From Eledone cirrhosa (taxonomy: Eukaryota), in assembly GCA_964016885.1 (NCBI GenBank), contig OZ024743.1:30442001-30506000 (forward strand): DNA of 64,000 bases, in the 5' to 3' direction. Position numbers and translations under genes: made by a program. Positions 45,579 through 62,400 of this stretch are shown here, piece by piece (position 1 is the stretch's first letter; the number at the start of each line of letters is the position of its first letter). The notes below the pieces were generated by a model. The model did not search any database, was not told where the DNA came from, and was given only the letters and a program-made list of their open reading frames with translations.

Positions 45579-46046
45579 TTGTGTGTTTGTGTGTGTATGT
45601 GAATATGTCTGTTGACACCTGGAATATAGCTTAAGAGAAATATGACAATAATGATATGATAAGCACCCAACATTTTGAACTGGTTCATAGAATTCTCTTG
45701 GCCTTTGTCACGCTAAGAAAAGCTTTAAAGAATTAGCTTTTAAAGAAACTCCCTTTTCTTTAAATCCATCAACAATGATCGACTCCCAACCATCTTATAG
45801 ACACCTGAAATACAGGCATTTTTAGCTTAAGAGAAACTTAAAAATAAGGAGTGGCACCCCATTCTGAACTAGTTCATAGAATTCTTTCTGCCTTTGTCAC
45901 TCTAAATATAAATTATAACCTTAAAGAATTAGCTTTAAATGAATTCTCTTTTCTTTCAACCAATGACCTCCACCCATCCCACTCCCCACCCTCTCCTACC
46001 ACATGAAAATAAATAAATATCACAACATTTATTTTTGGAAAGCCAG

Positions 46047-46087
<41 letters not shown>

Positions 46088-46161
46088 GTTATTCCGGGTT
46101 GAATCGGAGGTAACCACAGTAAGTAAGGTACTCAATACATAGCAGAGTATAACATTTTTAA

Positions 46162-46263
46162 TATATAGATGAGATTCTACAGGACTAGAACTGTTTCATT
46201 CATTAGAAACTGATGATTTCTAATGAATGAAACAGTTCTAGTCCTGTAGAATCTCATCTATAT

Positions 46264-46264
<1 letters not shown>
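46162..46264. repeat. Hairpin of the HHR 3' half with CTGATGA as its loop
   Basis: Arms ~46163-46209 and 46217-46263; loop 46210-46216 is ctgatga. Confidence 0.88.
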
Positions 46265-46307
<43 letters not shown>

Positions 46308-46868
46308 CATGTGTGCGTGTGGCTGACCGTTTTTAACCTTGTTAATGCTTTTTGATAAATACATCAATGCTAACAACACTACACATGTATAAACTAAATA
46401 CAATTCAATATGCATATAATGACATGAATATGTTGATAGAAAATCAGTGAAATGTCAACGCAATTCCCCTTTTCAGAGAGGAAAGATTAATTGAACGTGA
46501 TATAAATGTAGTAAAAGGTTTTGTTTTCATTTTGGCTGCGATTGAATTGGCGCACGTCAAGATTGCGGCTACTTAACTTGCAACGTAAGAAAACACAAAT
46601 GTCAGATCCTTATACAATGACACTAACTCCCATATCACATATACTGAAACAATTCCAAAGCGTCATCTGTTAGAGAACGGTTAATTATATTTCATTGTTC
46701 ATCAATTTACGCCAGTAATAGTGAAGCTTAAGGCGAAAGTTAATATGAATGGTGCAAGATGACGCATAGAAAATGATGCATTAAAGCAATGATCACGAAA
46801 ACATTATATATACACCGCCATATTAGAAAAGTAAATATGCTCATACAAACGCTTGCACACAAACGCAC

Positions 46869-46903
<35 letters not shown>

Positions 46904-46905
46904 AT

Positions 46906-46980
<75 letters not shown>

Positions 46981-47067
46981 AAGTAAGAATAACTGTTAAA
47001 ATCTTTAATTTTCTCGGATATTATCTTTTCTCCAAGAAAAACTTTGTTTTGATGTATCACACACGCA

Positions 47068-47140
<73 letters not shown>

Positions 47141-47195
47141 ACACACACACACACACCCACACACACACATGCGCCCACACATATATATATATATA

Positions 47196-47241
<46 letters not shown>

Positions 47242-48191
47242 GAAACACGGCTGTGTAGTTGCTGCTGGATAAGTTGTACTTATAAATAAGGGGAAAGCAC
47301 GAACGGTAGAAAATCTCCTTCGTCCGTTGTCTTCTGGGGATCATGGATATTTCTACTCATTAAAGACAAGATATCTAGCCCCAGAGCGTTACTAACTAAG
47401 GAGGATTATTGGGAAAATAAGGGGAGAGAGAAAAATATATATTTAACAGAAGAGAAAAGGGAAGAAACAGGAAGAAAAAAACAGCGTGAAAACAAACACA
47501 GAAAACAACAAACCGAAGAGGGGAAACCCGAAGCAAATGTGTGTGAGCAACTCGAAATCAGAGAAAAAAATTAAAGTCGACACCAACTACTAAACATAAG
47601 TCCGAGACTCTGTGGAGGGGAGAAAAAACAAGTCCGATCTCCGCAAGAGTAAGTGAAAAAGAGACACCGAGAGGAAGAGGCGAGAGAAACAGTGAGGTGG
47701 TTAGCAGAGAGAGAGGGAGAGTGAAAGTGAGATGGAGAAAAGGACAGAAAGAGAAGGGGGAGAGTTGATAGCATCAACATAGATAGGGAGAAAGAAAGAA
47801 CAGGCCACAGCAAAATTTACTAACAATTAAGAAGAAACATGGGTTGTGTAGTTGGTGGATAAGGTGTACTTATAAATATGAGGAAAGCACGAACGGTTGA
47901 ACATTTTCTTCATCAATTGTCTGCTGGGGATGTACATATATATACATATATGTGATGTACATATATATACATATATGTACATATATGTATATATATATAT
48001 ACATATGGTACCTGGTACTTTATTTACAGAAGTGAGCCATCTCGTCAACGTTGTGAGAAACTGGCATGAGCCCGCAAATGACTCCGAACACTTGATTCGC
48101 TCTTGCATATCGTTTTACAGATGTGACACACATGAGGCTCCCGGATAGTACTGAACGCAAAAAAATACATATATATATATAATGATAATAA

Positions 48192-48367
48192 TAATTGTTT
48201 CTACTTTTGGCACAAGGCCAGCAATTATACCAGTGCATTACTGGTAGTTTATTTTATCGCCCCCGTAAGTTAACCGGGCGGGATTAGAACTCAGAACGTA
48301 AAGGGCCATAACTACTATGCTGCAAAGCATGGTGCCTGACGCTCTGTTGATACTGCCAATCCACCGC
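48192..48367 (-). mobile_element. tRNA-derived SINE (octopod-type)
   Basis: Colinear with 48881-49069, with an internal deletion. Confidence 0.8.
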
Positions 48368-48842
48368 TGATAATAATAAGTGTTTCTACTTTAAACTGAA
48401 ACCTGCGCCATGTAACACGACCTTTACTCAAAGTCGGTTAGGATTTGCAGGACATTACTGGAGAAATAAGCAAGAAGTTATATACAGGTTATGTAGTTCC
48501 AATGTCTCTATATACTTCAATTCAGTGGAGTGTCTAGAGTTGCAGTAATATTTCTGTATGTTTTCTTATTTCGTAATTGCTTGTGGGGCAAGCAAACAGC
48601 GATAACACAATTCTGTTCCGCTATTTTGGGGGGAAAGGAATGGGGAAAAGAATATTCTGTCTAATTTCATGAAGCAGAACGTGCTTCATAATATTGATCA
48701 CATTTTAAATTATTTAATTTTCTTTTTAAACAAACAGAGTAAGAAATATTTTTCTCAGTTCATTCACATGGAAGACACGTGAGAAACATTTGAATGGTTC
48801 ATATTGTTCTCTCCGTTTAAGCAGGCATATACTTAATGTACA

Positions 48843-48880
<38 letters not shown>

Positions 48881-48885
<5 letters not shown>

Positions 48886-49069
48886 GTTTCTACTTTAGGC
48901 ACAAGGCCAGCAATTATCCCAGTGCATTACTGGTACTTTATTTTATCGGCCCCGTAAGGATGAAAGGAAAAGTTAACCTCGGCGGGATTTGAACTCAGAT
49001 CATAAAGGGACGTAATTATGCTAGAAAGCATGGCGTCCGACCCTCTTCCGATACTGCCAATCCACCGCC
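48881..49069 (-). mobile_element. Full-length tRNA-derived SINE (octopod-type)
   Basis: Minus strand: ggcggtggattggcagtatcgg head, B box gagttcaaatccc, central cctttcatccttacggggccgataaaataaagtacc, tail into (TA)n. Confidence 0.85.
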
Positions 49070-49200
49070 CTGTATACATAATAATATATAATATATAGAC
49101 ATATAATAATAATAATAAATTTGAAGACTAAAATCCAAAGATGGCTCGATAAGGATAAATACATATCGAATATATAAGAACCGTAGTGCAAATATTTATT

Positions 49201-49310
49201 AAAATAACAGATTAAAGTTTAAGCAAAGAATCGCTGCTTTCACCCTCTTCTGAAGATCCTGTTATGGGTGAAAGCAGCGATTCTTAGCTTAAACTTTAAT
49301 CTATTATTTT
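49201..49310. repeat. Hairpin (45-bp arms) with CTGAAGA in the 20-nt loop
   Basis: 49201-49245 pairs with 49266-49310. Confidence 0.85.
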
Positions 49311-49314
49311 AATA

Positions 49315-49403
<89 letters not shown>

Positions 49404-49404
49404 C

Positions 49405-50347
49405 ACAGGAATTGTGGTTAGGAACCAGATGGACCATAACGCACCAGAGTACTCCATACTTAAGACAGTAGAGTTGTAAATAGGAAAAAAATATGACCCC
49501 GACGCAGAGCTCAAGCCGTTTCGACGGCTATTTCTGGACTAAATTAGAATGTTTAGCCTGGTGAATAAATAGGCGAAATTTTCAAGGGGGTACTTCCTTA
49601 TATGGGAATATTATAATTGTCAAAAGGATTGGTTAACATTTGTTGTAAACACAAATAAATCTATCATGCCATTTGATGGGAGGTGAGGTAGTGTGGCTAA
49701 ACTTGCCTATAAAACAATAGGGGAGTGAGTGGAGACGTCAAGCGTTGAAAGTGATATGTATACAGCAGAGTAGTGTTTGAAGTGGAGGAGGGAGGTTATA
49801 TAATATCTAAATCGAATGACAGTAGGAGATAATAAAAGATAATAGAGAGAAATACAGAATAAAAAAATATATAAAATTAGATAGTGAGAAATGAATAACA
49901 AAATCACAATACTATCTTACAATTACAGGTTAATAATTTGAGAATAGAAAAAACTTGTAAAAATTGCGTAGTACCAGAACTGATACATAATTAAAGGGGT
50001 TTAACACGTTTGCTATAAGTAGTTATTCGATTTACATATTATATAACCTCCCTCCTCTATTTCATACACTATTCTGTTGTATACATATCACTTTCAACAC
50101 TTCACCGCTCCACTCACTCCCCTACTGTTCTACAGGCAAGTTCAGACACCCCTACCTCCCACCAAATGCTATGATAGACTTATTTGTGTTTACAACAAAT
50201 TTTAACCAATCCTCTTGACAACTACAATCTTCCCATATAAGGAAGTACCCCCTTGACAAGTTCGGCTATTTATTGAGCAGACTAAAAATTATAATTTAGT
50301 CCAGAAATAGCCGTCGAAACGGCTTGAGCTCTGCTGTCGGGGTCATA
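49405..50347. repeat. Diverged inverted pair of pLTR-like repeats, each with a U3-A8 hammerhead
   Basis: ~49491-49810 is the reverse complement of ~50030-50347. The tail 49405-49490 matches 16350-16430, 34861-34900 and ~57935-58015. Confidence 0.85.
50249..50342 (+). ncRNA. Type-I hammerhead, U3-A8 core (mirror copy 49497-49589 minus, core TTGAAAA)
   Basis: cccc-TTGACAA-gtt-cggctattt...aaatagccg-tc-GAAA-CGGC ttgagctct GCTG-TC-gggg. Confidence 0.72.
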
Positions 50348-50559
50348 CCAGCCAAAGCCAAAACAAGCCGCTCCAGAAGTATGTTGATTTCGCGCGTGCC
50401 ACACCAACAAGGAGAAGGCACACACATGCCGACGAGATACAGATGGCAGCAGCAGAGCAGAAACATTTTTTAGTGATAGCAGAGAAGTTTGTGGGTTAGC
50501 TGACCTGGCTGCATCGTTTTCAGAGCCAGTGTCACCCACATCAGCATTCGAGACCACCA

Positions 50560-51948
50560 CAGCTAAGGGACCCAGAGTGGCCGCCGCTGACACCAGACTA
50601 AGTGTCATAACGACAGTCATTACTGGCACACCAAAAGTTACACAAGTGCTGCTGCTGAATGTCAGAGGCCTGGTGAAACTCAGTAACACGAGTAAAATTT
50701 CCTACCTGGGAGACTTAGCCATAAGCAATCAAGCATTACGCATGGCACTAACCGAAATGCACCTGACAAACAGTATAGCAGATGCAGAAATACATATACC
50801 GAAATATACTGTATTTCTTTCGGACAGGAAGGAGAGAGCTCATGGTGGGGTTGCTCTGTATATCCGTGAAGTTGTCACACCAATTGTACTGTTGACACAT
50901 TCAAACTCAATCTGTGACACACTGATAGTTCATATGAAGCAACTACAGGCAGTAATATGTATCACATATCGGCCGCCCGATGTCTCCAGTCATGAGGGTA
51001 AATTTGAGGATAGCCTCAGTAGGATAGAAGAGGTCCTTGACAAACTGGACCAGGGTCTCAACATTCTACTGCTGGGAGACGTCAACCTCCCAAAGGTCAA
51101 ATGGCCTGAGGGCGACCTCCTCTCTGGAATTACGTAAATAGAACAGAGACAGACGGAATCCCTGCTGGCCCTTAAACACAGGCTGTTCATGGAACAAGCA
51201 ATACTCCTCCTAACAAGAGGCGAAAATGTCCTGGACTTCTGTTTTACAAACAACGATGTGCTCGTCCACAATGTAAAGGTGACACCAACAATTCTCTCGG
51301 ATCATATCGTAGTAGAGCTAATGATATGTGGTCCGAGAGAACCAACAAGAGGCTCCGAGATGTTATCCAGCCTTAACTACTACAAGGCTAACTGGAAAAA
51401 GATAAAAGAGAGAAATCCGGAAGCAAACATGGAGCGAATACACAGCCACACAAGACACTAACACACAATTTCAACACTTCATGAAAACGATACACACTAT
51501 ATGCAAACAGTTTGTCACGGAGAAAAAGGCAAACGAACACACAAATCTTATTCTCAGAGATAGGAAAATGATTATGAGACGTATTACCAAGCTCTCAAAC
51601 CAGTTGAATGCCCAATAAGAAAACAAAAACAAGAAGGAATCCTATTTGAAACGTGCACTACTTGGCACCGACATTGCACTCAAATTTTCCCATGAAAATG
51701 AGAGGGCAAAGAAAGAGAGCAGGGCCATATAAAACATTACAACACACCCTAAAGCCTTCTTTAAATTTGCAAAAGATACTTCCTCGGTCCACTGCAAGAT
51801 CGCGCCACTCTTCCATACAGACGGTTCATTAACCGAGAATCCCCAAGCATCAAAGAACTCTTCTGACTTTGTTATTTGCATGTTCCTTAGTGGACATGTG
51901 AACATACTTTTGTACTGTTCGTTCAGTATTTTACATATCTCTTGGGGA
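50560..51948 (+). mobile_element. Decayed CR1/L2-group LINE, APE endonuclease region
   Basis: LLNVRGL, ALTEMHL, DRKERAHGGVALY, YRPP, LGDVN, VLDFCF, LSDH. The last ~100 bp are inverted. Confidence 0.85.
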
Positions 51949-52038
51949 TATATATATATATATTATTAAAATTAAAATTAAAGTTATATATATATATATA
52001 TTATTAAAATTAAAGTTAAAATAAAAATTTAAAATAAT

Positions 52039-55112
<3,074 letters not shown>

Positions 55113-55460
55113 AATTTCTCAGTGAATCGTGCATCAACCAAATAATTAACGTAAGCTGTAAGTAATTACAGATGAATTTGCAGCAAACAAATTTTATGTT
55201 CTTGTTTTACATAAACAACATTTTAAATGATCTTATTCTTAAATAAATAGTAAAGCAAAAATCTTAAGACATAAGATAAAAGGAAGTAGTAATGTTAAAT
55301 TATGTATAAATACGAATGCAAATCCTGAATTATCAAAATACTGTTAATCAAATGTTGTGAAGTATTTCTGTAATTCCTATTACGGAACATTAACACATTT
55401 TTATTTGGCTTTATGTCCAAAATAAACAGTTTTACACAGAATGGTTCATATCTCTGCAAA

Positions 55461-55644
55461 TAATGATTTCTACTATAGGCACAAGGCCAGCAATTATCCT
55501 AGTGTATTTCTGGTACTTCATTTTATCGATCGACCTCGTAAGGATGAAAGGCGAAGTTAACCTCAACGGGATTTGAACTCAAACATTAAGTGCCGTAACT
55601 TTTTCCTCCAAAGCATGGCGTCAGACTCTCTACCGATACTGCCA
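55461..55644 (-). mobile_element. tRNA-derived SINE (octopod-type)
   Basis: Colinear with 48881-49069. Confidence 0.8.
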
Positions 55645-55942
55645 TTAATAATAATAATTATTATAATCGAACCAAAAAATAACTAGATTGGTGCCATGTA
55701 CGTACGTTTCATTAATCATGAATGATGAAGTTGTATAACCTGTGCCGATGAAATATTAACCGGAAAGTGTTTAGTTATAGAGACAAAAAGAAAAGGAAGT
55801 GACAAACCAAGGGAGGCAATTTGAGCTAAAAACATTAAAACGCTGAACAGACGCTTGATGTCATACCACGAGTTCATGTTTTCCTGCAGCAAACTGCGAA
55901 TCTCAAATTTGAACATAATTGAGACCGTCCAAACTTAATACA

Positions 55943-55999
55943 AGAAGAAGAAGAAGAAGAAGAAGAAGAAGAAGAAGAAGAAGAAGAAGAAGAAGAAGA
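55943..55999. repeat. (GAA)n microsatellite
   Basis: Direct observation. Confidence 0.97.
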
Positions 56000-56639
56000 C
56001 GTTTTATACACGAAAGTATAATACACTAAATGCGAGGGAGAATATTAAACAGAAAATAACATAAAGACAGCGAGGTCATTAATCCACATGGTGACCGATG
56101 TATCTGTTCATTTCTCTTTTTCAGATGATGTGTTTTATGGTCATCTCAAATAATGAGAATTGGTTCAAGGTTTGTCCTGGCGAGAAATACGTTGCTAAGC
56201 ATAATATCTAACGGCTTAAGTGTCCATGTGTTAGCCGAAAGCTATTTTGACGTAATTGTTCAAGCATAACTTACTTGAAGGTATGATAGTTTTTGTAAGT
56301 GAATGATATATGTTGTAGTCATATTTTTCATAGAAAATGATTTTCATATTGCTAATACTGATTCATGAAGTGGCATATGACGAGATATATAACAGTCTAT
56401 TGGAGCACATCAACTTTCTGCATTGAGACTAGTGACATCGATGCATTTTGTGAAATGAAGTGTGTATTTGTCAAATAAAGCGTGATAAGTTACGAACCGT
56501 ATCATATCTAAAATAAATTACGTTGTATATAATATATAAAATAAGCCAGACGCCGTAGTCATATATATGAGATGCAGAGGATGTAATAGCACTGCAAATT
56601 ATCCAGATATCTAGAGTATAGATATCTCTAGCAGTAGGG

Positions 56640-56667
56640 CATCATCATCATCAGCATCAGCAGAAAC

Positions 56668-56704
<37 letters not shown>

Positions 56705-56763
56705 ACAACACCTACAGTTACAACACAGCAGCAGCAAAAACAACAGCAACACAAGAGCAGTAG

Positions 56764-56845
<82 letters not shown>
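56640..56845. repeat. Compound trinucleotide repeat (CAT/CAG/CAA/ACT/AGT)
   Basis: Direct observation; (ACT)12 abuts (AGT)15. Confidence 0.95.
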
Positions 56846-56846
<1 letters not shown>

Positions 56847-57046
56847 ACAAGATGGCGAATGACGGAACAAAGGAGGAACACAAAATAACTTAATCAATGA
56901 AAAGATCACAGAACGTGTGATCAAAGAGCTTTGACAGTACATAAACACCAATCTCGTTATTAAGCCAACCAACTGGAAATTTGTAATTAATTGAAGTGAA
57001 ATCGACAGGTGCCTGTGTTGCTAGCCTGACTCTCCCAAAGTATAAT

Positions 57047-57128
<82 letters not shown>

Positions 57129-57812
57129 GAGGGGGCGGGGGGGGGGGGCTGTTTGCACGAGCTGTACTTGTTTTTAACTTGAAATTCTAGATTTCTAGTG
57201 TATTGGCTTTTCCTATAAGTGTAGTAATGCAACTCGTGTGTTTGTTATACGAGTACAGTGATTGTAAATGTTATGTCAAGTATAATTTAAGTATCATTCG
57301 GAATAGTGGATCTGTGATTTCTAGTAATAAGAATGTTCCAGAATAATTATTTCGAGAATGTCGTGAGTGATAATAAAATTTACTTCCATCACACTGTTCG
57401 CCCCACATTTTCAAAATGTCTTCTTATTTGTAAGGTTTATTTTTAAATGTATTCTACGCTGATCAATGCCGCCGGGAAGAGATATAACAATCTGACAGAT
57501 TTTTAATTGGTAATGGTATTGATAATTTTCCTGTAACCTAATCTAATCCCGTTTATTTATCATTCTTGTTGAAAATGGTATGTATGAGGAATTTAATGTG
57601 TTTGTAAAATACAATTTTAAGAGTTTGGGGAAACGATTCGACTCAGGAAGTCTCCAAAATCCTAGTGTTTGGTGCTCTGTCATTCCTTCACTAAATTAAC
57701 GGTAAAACACACACATACGCACAGACACACACGCGCAAAAACACACACACAAACACGCACACACAAATACATATATATGTATATATATATATATATATAT
57801 ACATACACACAT

Positions 57813-57931
<119 letters not shown>

Positions 57932-58044
57932 GAAGGAAGTGTGGTAAGGCACCTGTTGAACCATAACGCACCAGAATATTCGATACTTTGGGTAGTAGAG
58001 TGGGTAATAGGAAAAGGTTCCCCACTCTTTATATATATATATAT

Positions 58045-58562
58045 AAATGAAAGGTATAGAAAGTAGTGTAGCAAGAAGCCAACAGTATTCCATGATGTAT
58101 AAGTGACTATAGCGTCAAAATGGGAAAATAGTTAACGTAAGATGTTGGAAAAATAATTCAAACTCAATTCAAAAAGAATGAGGATATAGATTTATCCAAC
58201 ATAATTTAGTGAAATCCAGGGAAAAATCAATAGAGCCTTAACTTATGATAAAATAAAGTTTAAAATACTCATCCTTCAATTTGGCACAACTGCAAATGCT
58301 CTGTATAGTCTTGAAAAAAGACTATTTCACGTACACTTTTAGTGGAGATGGTCACGGTTGGAATACGATCCTCAGCAGAGCTCAACACGATAGCCAGATC
58401 CTCACTGATTAATATGCTAAAAAGGGAATTTAAAAGCAGGCTAGTTTACCATCATGCGTGATCATGAAAATAAAACGCACATGTGGAAAGTCAGGGCTGG
58501 TGACGTCAGAATGAGACGAATGTTTGTTTACATGAAACAACAGTCAAAAACATCCCGAAAAA
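58045..58562 (-). repeat. pLTR-like repeat, same family as 2987-3572
   Basis: Homologous blocks in permuted order; contains an intact HHR. Confidence 0.78.
58298..58381 (-). ncRNA. Type-I hammerhead with a long stem III (canonical core)
   Basis: Minus strand: gctctg-CTGAGGA-t-cgta(30 nt)tacg-t-GAAA-TAGTCTT ttttc AAGACTA-TA-cagagc. Confidence 0.8.
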
Positions 58563-58758
58563 AATTGTGGAATTCGATTACGGTAAAATTAGTCAAATCA
58601 TTCCACATTGCATGAATTTTATCCTTTCACTTGGTCACGCTTCACGTGATCAATACAGATGTTTGTGGTCAACAGGGTTGTTTACAAAAAAGCTGATTTG
58701 AAGAAACAGAATGCAACACGCGCACGATTGATTCGGGAGCCTATCTCGACTACATCTT

Positions 58759-58821
<63 letters not shown>

Positions 58822-59460
58822 CATGCATATACGCACGTCCGTACGTATAGGCACGTGGACAGAAAATAAGTAATTGATTTCTGATGAAAGTTTTTTCAAA
58901 ACAAAGCAATGTATTCAAGTGACTTTCTGTTATCTACTAAGAACAGCATTTTGTTTCACACTATGGCATCGATTGGATAACTGAGTGTGCCCTAAATCCC
59001 GTTACTTGTGGAATGGACTTTTAATATCAATGACCTTGCTTATGTCGATGAGGTCGTAATAGTTGGTGATAATTAAGTTGATGAGCACTCCGCCATTGAA
59101 TGTCACAGTGAGTATGTTTGCGCACTGTAAGCAATGTAGCTAAAACAAATATTATATCTGCTGATATCCCACCTTCTGAATGGCCCCCATTATATTGAAG
59201 GGTGAGATTCAGGAAGGAGTCGAGCAATTTAAGTATCTCAGCACTACATTTGAAGCCACAAGCAAAGATATAGTCGAGATAGGCTCCCGAATCAATCGTG
59301 CATGTGCCGCATTCTGTTTCTTCAAATCAGCTCTTTTGTAAACAACCCTGTTGACCACAAACATCTGTATTGATCACGTGAAGCGTGACCAATGAAATAA
59401 TAAAATGCACGCAATGTGGAATGATTTGGCTAATTTTACCGTAATCGAATTCCACAATTT
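58562..59460. repeat. Inverted duplication (~200-bp arms) overlapping an RTE-like LINE scrap
   Basis: 58562-58758 mirrors 59264-59460. About 59219-59335 (+) reads VEQFKYLS..EIGSRINRACAAF, which resembles the RTE RT thumb region. Confidence 0.75.
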
Positions 59461-62400
59461 CGAATATTGGATTTAATGCCAACTCAGAAATCTATCCACG
59501 GCCCACGAGAAGATCATCCGACATACAGCGGCGCATATCGCTATCAGGAGATGGTGTAAACAGTGAGGCAGACATTTAAGTCGGATCTTTTATTATATCA
59601 GGTCCTCGCGTAGGTGGTTTCTCCCGTTAAAATGTTGAGTGGCTGTAAATATCTGCGTCAGACTAATGTGATTGCTACGCCTGAGCTGCATTTCTCTTTG
59701 GTATAATGTGGATGACCTGATAGGATTCTGTTCTGCCAATACTTGGTGAACATCGATATAAATATAAACATCAAATGTGAGAATATGCTTGTAGTACATA
59801 ATGTATGAATTAGTTTATTTACGTTTGCATATAATTGCGAGGAAATATTGGATCTAATGAGAAATATGAGAAATATGATATATTTTATCGTGAATTAATG
59901 TTTTTCCTCATCTAAACCGTGCAGATTCTCTGTATCTAAAATATCTACGTCCAAGCTCTTTATTATTATTTATCGTTGTTTTTATTGTTTTTTTAATTTT
60001 TTTACAGTAGCCTACAGCAAAACAGTTCATAATATGACCATGTAATATATATTAGATCCAACATAAAGAATTGACGTAAACATGGAAAGATAATTGTGAC
60101 GGTTGTCATCATATTCTTCAGTCATACAAACCTCATTAAGTACTGCTCTTTGAGAGAATTGTTATGTTTTCGTTCAATCTGCTAGAAATTGCAAGCAAAG
60201 GATCCAGAAATCATAACATATCATGTTAAACAAATGACATTCATTAAAATATAATATGCATTATCAACAGCAGAACTGTAGAACTCATTATTGTCTTTCG
60301 GGCCCACTATTCTATTGATGCTAAAGAATGTATTAAACAGGAGCAGCTTTGTTTAATACATTCAACCGATATATGCAACATGTACTATAGTCTCATTTTC
60401 CCTCTATCATAGCTGATTGCTTTCTCATTTTTATAACGGCCTTAACAAAATTATCTATACAAAGTGTAGGTATTTTGGAATTTTCTGCGATCTTATAGGA
60501 TTGTATATTTTGAATAGTTCAAGAATTTACGGCGTTTTTCATGTTATATATGTAAACAAATTCAGTTTCATGACAATCAATGGAAGAGGGGTTACACTCC
60601 CAAGCATACTATGCACGTGTGTCAGACGTAATAAAATGCAAGTTAATACGCTACAAATTCATTATGTTTGATATAAGAAAAAAAGTAGTTAGCTGTCTAT
60701 TCAACAAAACGCAACAAAATATAAACCTTGTCCAATATTTTGTCCACTTGGGTCAGTTTCCAGTTTCCATTATTAAGAACGGGGAATGGTCATTTCCTTC
60801 AAAGGATATTACGAGGTATGTTGACATCGAAATTAACTACTAGTTTTTGTTTTTGTTAACCATATTTCAAAACTCAGAAATGATACGAGAATAGTAGTTT
60901 ACTCCTGCTTTTAAGTGCCGTGACAGTCACACGATATTGAACTGAGATTATTTGAGTTACTTCCACAGATTATTCGCTGTCGATACATTATTATTCATTT
61001 CAACCGAATTGGTTTCTAATAGAAAACAATCTTATTTCTATATCACTTCAGAGCTAGCAATGCGCAAATAATAGACAACTCTGCGCTTTTCTTGTTATAG
61101 GTTTATATAGTTGTTTATACACTGCTGCACTGGGATATATTTTACAGCACCCCTTCTTCCTATTGCCTTCGTTAGTAGGAAGCAAACATATGTGTGTATA
61201 TTATAGTATGGGTGATTGAATGCATATATATGATCATATATTTTTGTATTTCTCTGCATATCTGTATGTGTCTTTTACCAACATAGAAACTATTTCGTTT
61301 TCAGCGATAACTTCTAATATATATAACCACTCATGAATATCTAATCAGGGACCAATTACGAACTCCTGCAAAAAATATAGATTACCAATCAATCCTTTCT
61401 ATTGTATGTTTTCCTTATTTCTTTTGTACATCGATTGGAAAGTTCGATACACATTTGATCTCATATATAATTGCACTAATATAGAACCAGACATATAAAG
61501 TAGCTAATAGCCTATTTAATGTACAACCAGAAATTGTCATCATTGTTCTTAATTAAGACTTGATGTCCGATATATCGATAAGTAATATTTTTTATTTGCT
61601 ATTTGCAAAACGTGATATATTTTCTCTGAAATATATCTTCCATAGCCCATAATTAGTAGATATACTGAGCAGGAAAACATGAATAAATAAATATACAATA
61701 TTTTGACTGACGTGGCTTTATGTTAAAACGTTTTTGATTTTATTTTAGATTTGGTGTTTGAGTTTTACTTCTGTCTCCCACATAAATGGATACATATATG
61801 CATGCACACACACACACACACACATATACATATATTCAAACGTATATGCATTTGTATATGTGTTTGTGTGTGTATGTGTTATGATAAAAGGATGCATGAA
61901 AACAGGCATTTAAATATTTATATCAGAATTCGCCCTAGGCTAATAAGCGATAGCATAGAGAATTTGAGGACTGTTATGGAAATATTAAATTTTATTTTAT
62001 TAAATAACTAGGAGTTTATTGCTCCACAAAAAATTCTATATGGATGACCGTTGACTCTCTTGAGTTCCTCCGCCCTTTGACATGTTTTGCTTTTCATCAC
62101 GCAGGGTGCCCAAAATCACATTCCGCATCAAGAAAGGTTGGTGGAGTCGCAGTTTTAGTCACCGAGGATCCAACCATGTACAGGTTGTACTCGGCTACTA
62201 GTTACCAGTAGCGATGAGAAAGCGACCTAACTTACATACATATATGTGAGGGTGTATATAAAATGAAATAAAATTATGTATATGTATATATATTTACTTA
62301 CTGTCCCATATCATCAATGAATACTTCTGCAAGAGTGGGTGTGTATAACCAAACCCCATATAATACTTGTTCGCGTCTGGAATAGACAGGGGGAGACAGT

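Noticed and set aside
47247-47932. Two diverged ~95-bp direct repeats with HHR-like half cores on the minus strand
   Set aside because: No GAAA or stem III, so a ribozyme cannot be supported and no element could be identified.
56109-56175. Acceptor/donor pair around a 45-nt frame
   Set aside because: Too short, no homology, and expected by chance in AT-rich DNA.
56611-56883. Poly-L/V/A or poly-T/S ORFs
   Set aside because: These are trinucleotide microsatellite translations.
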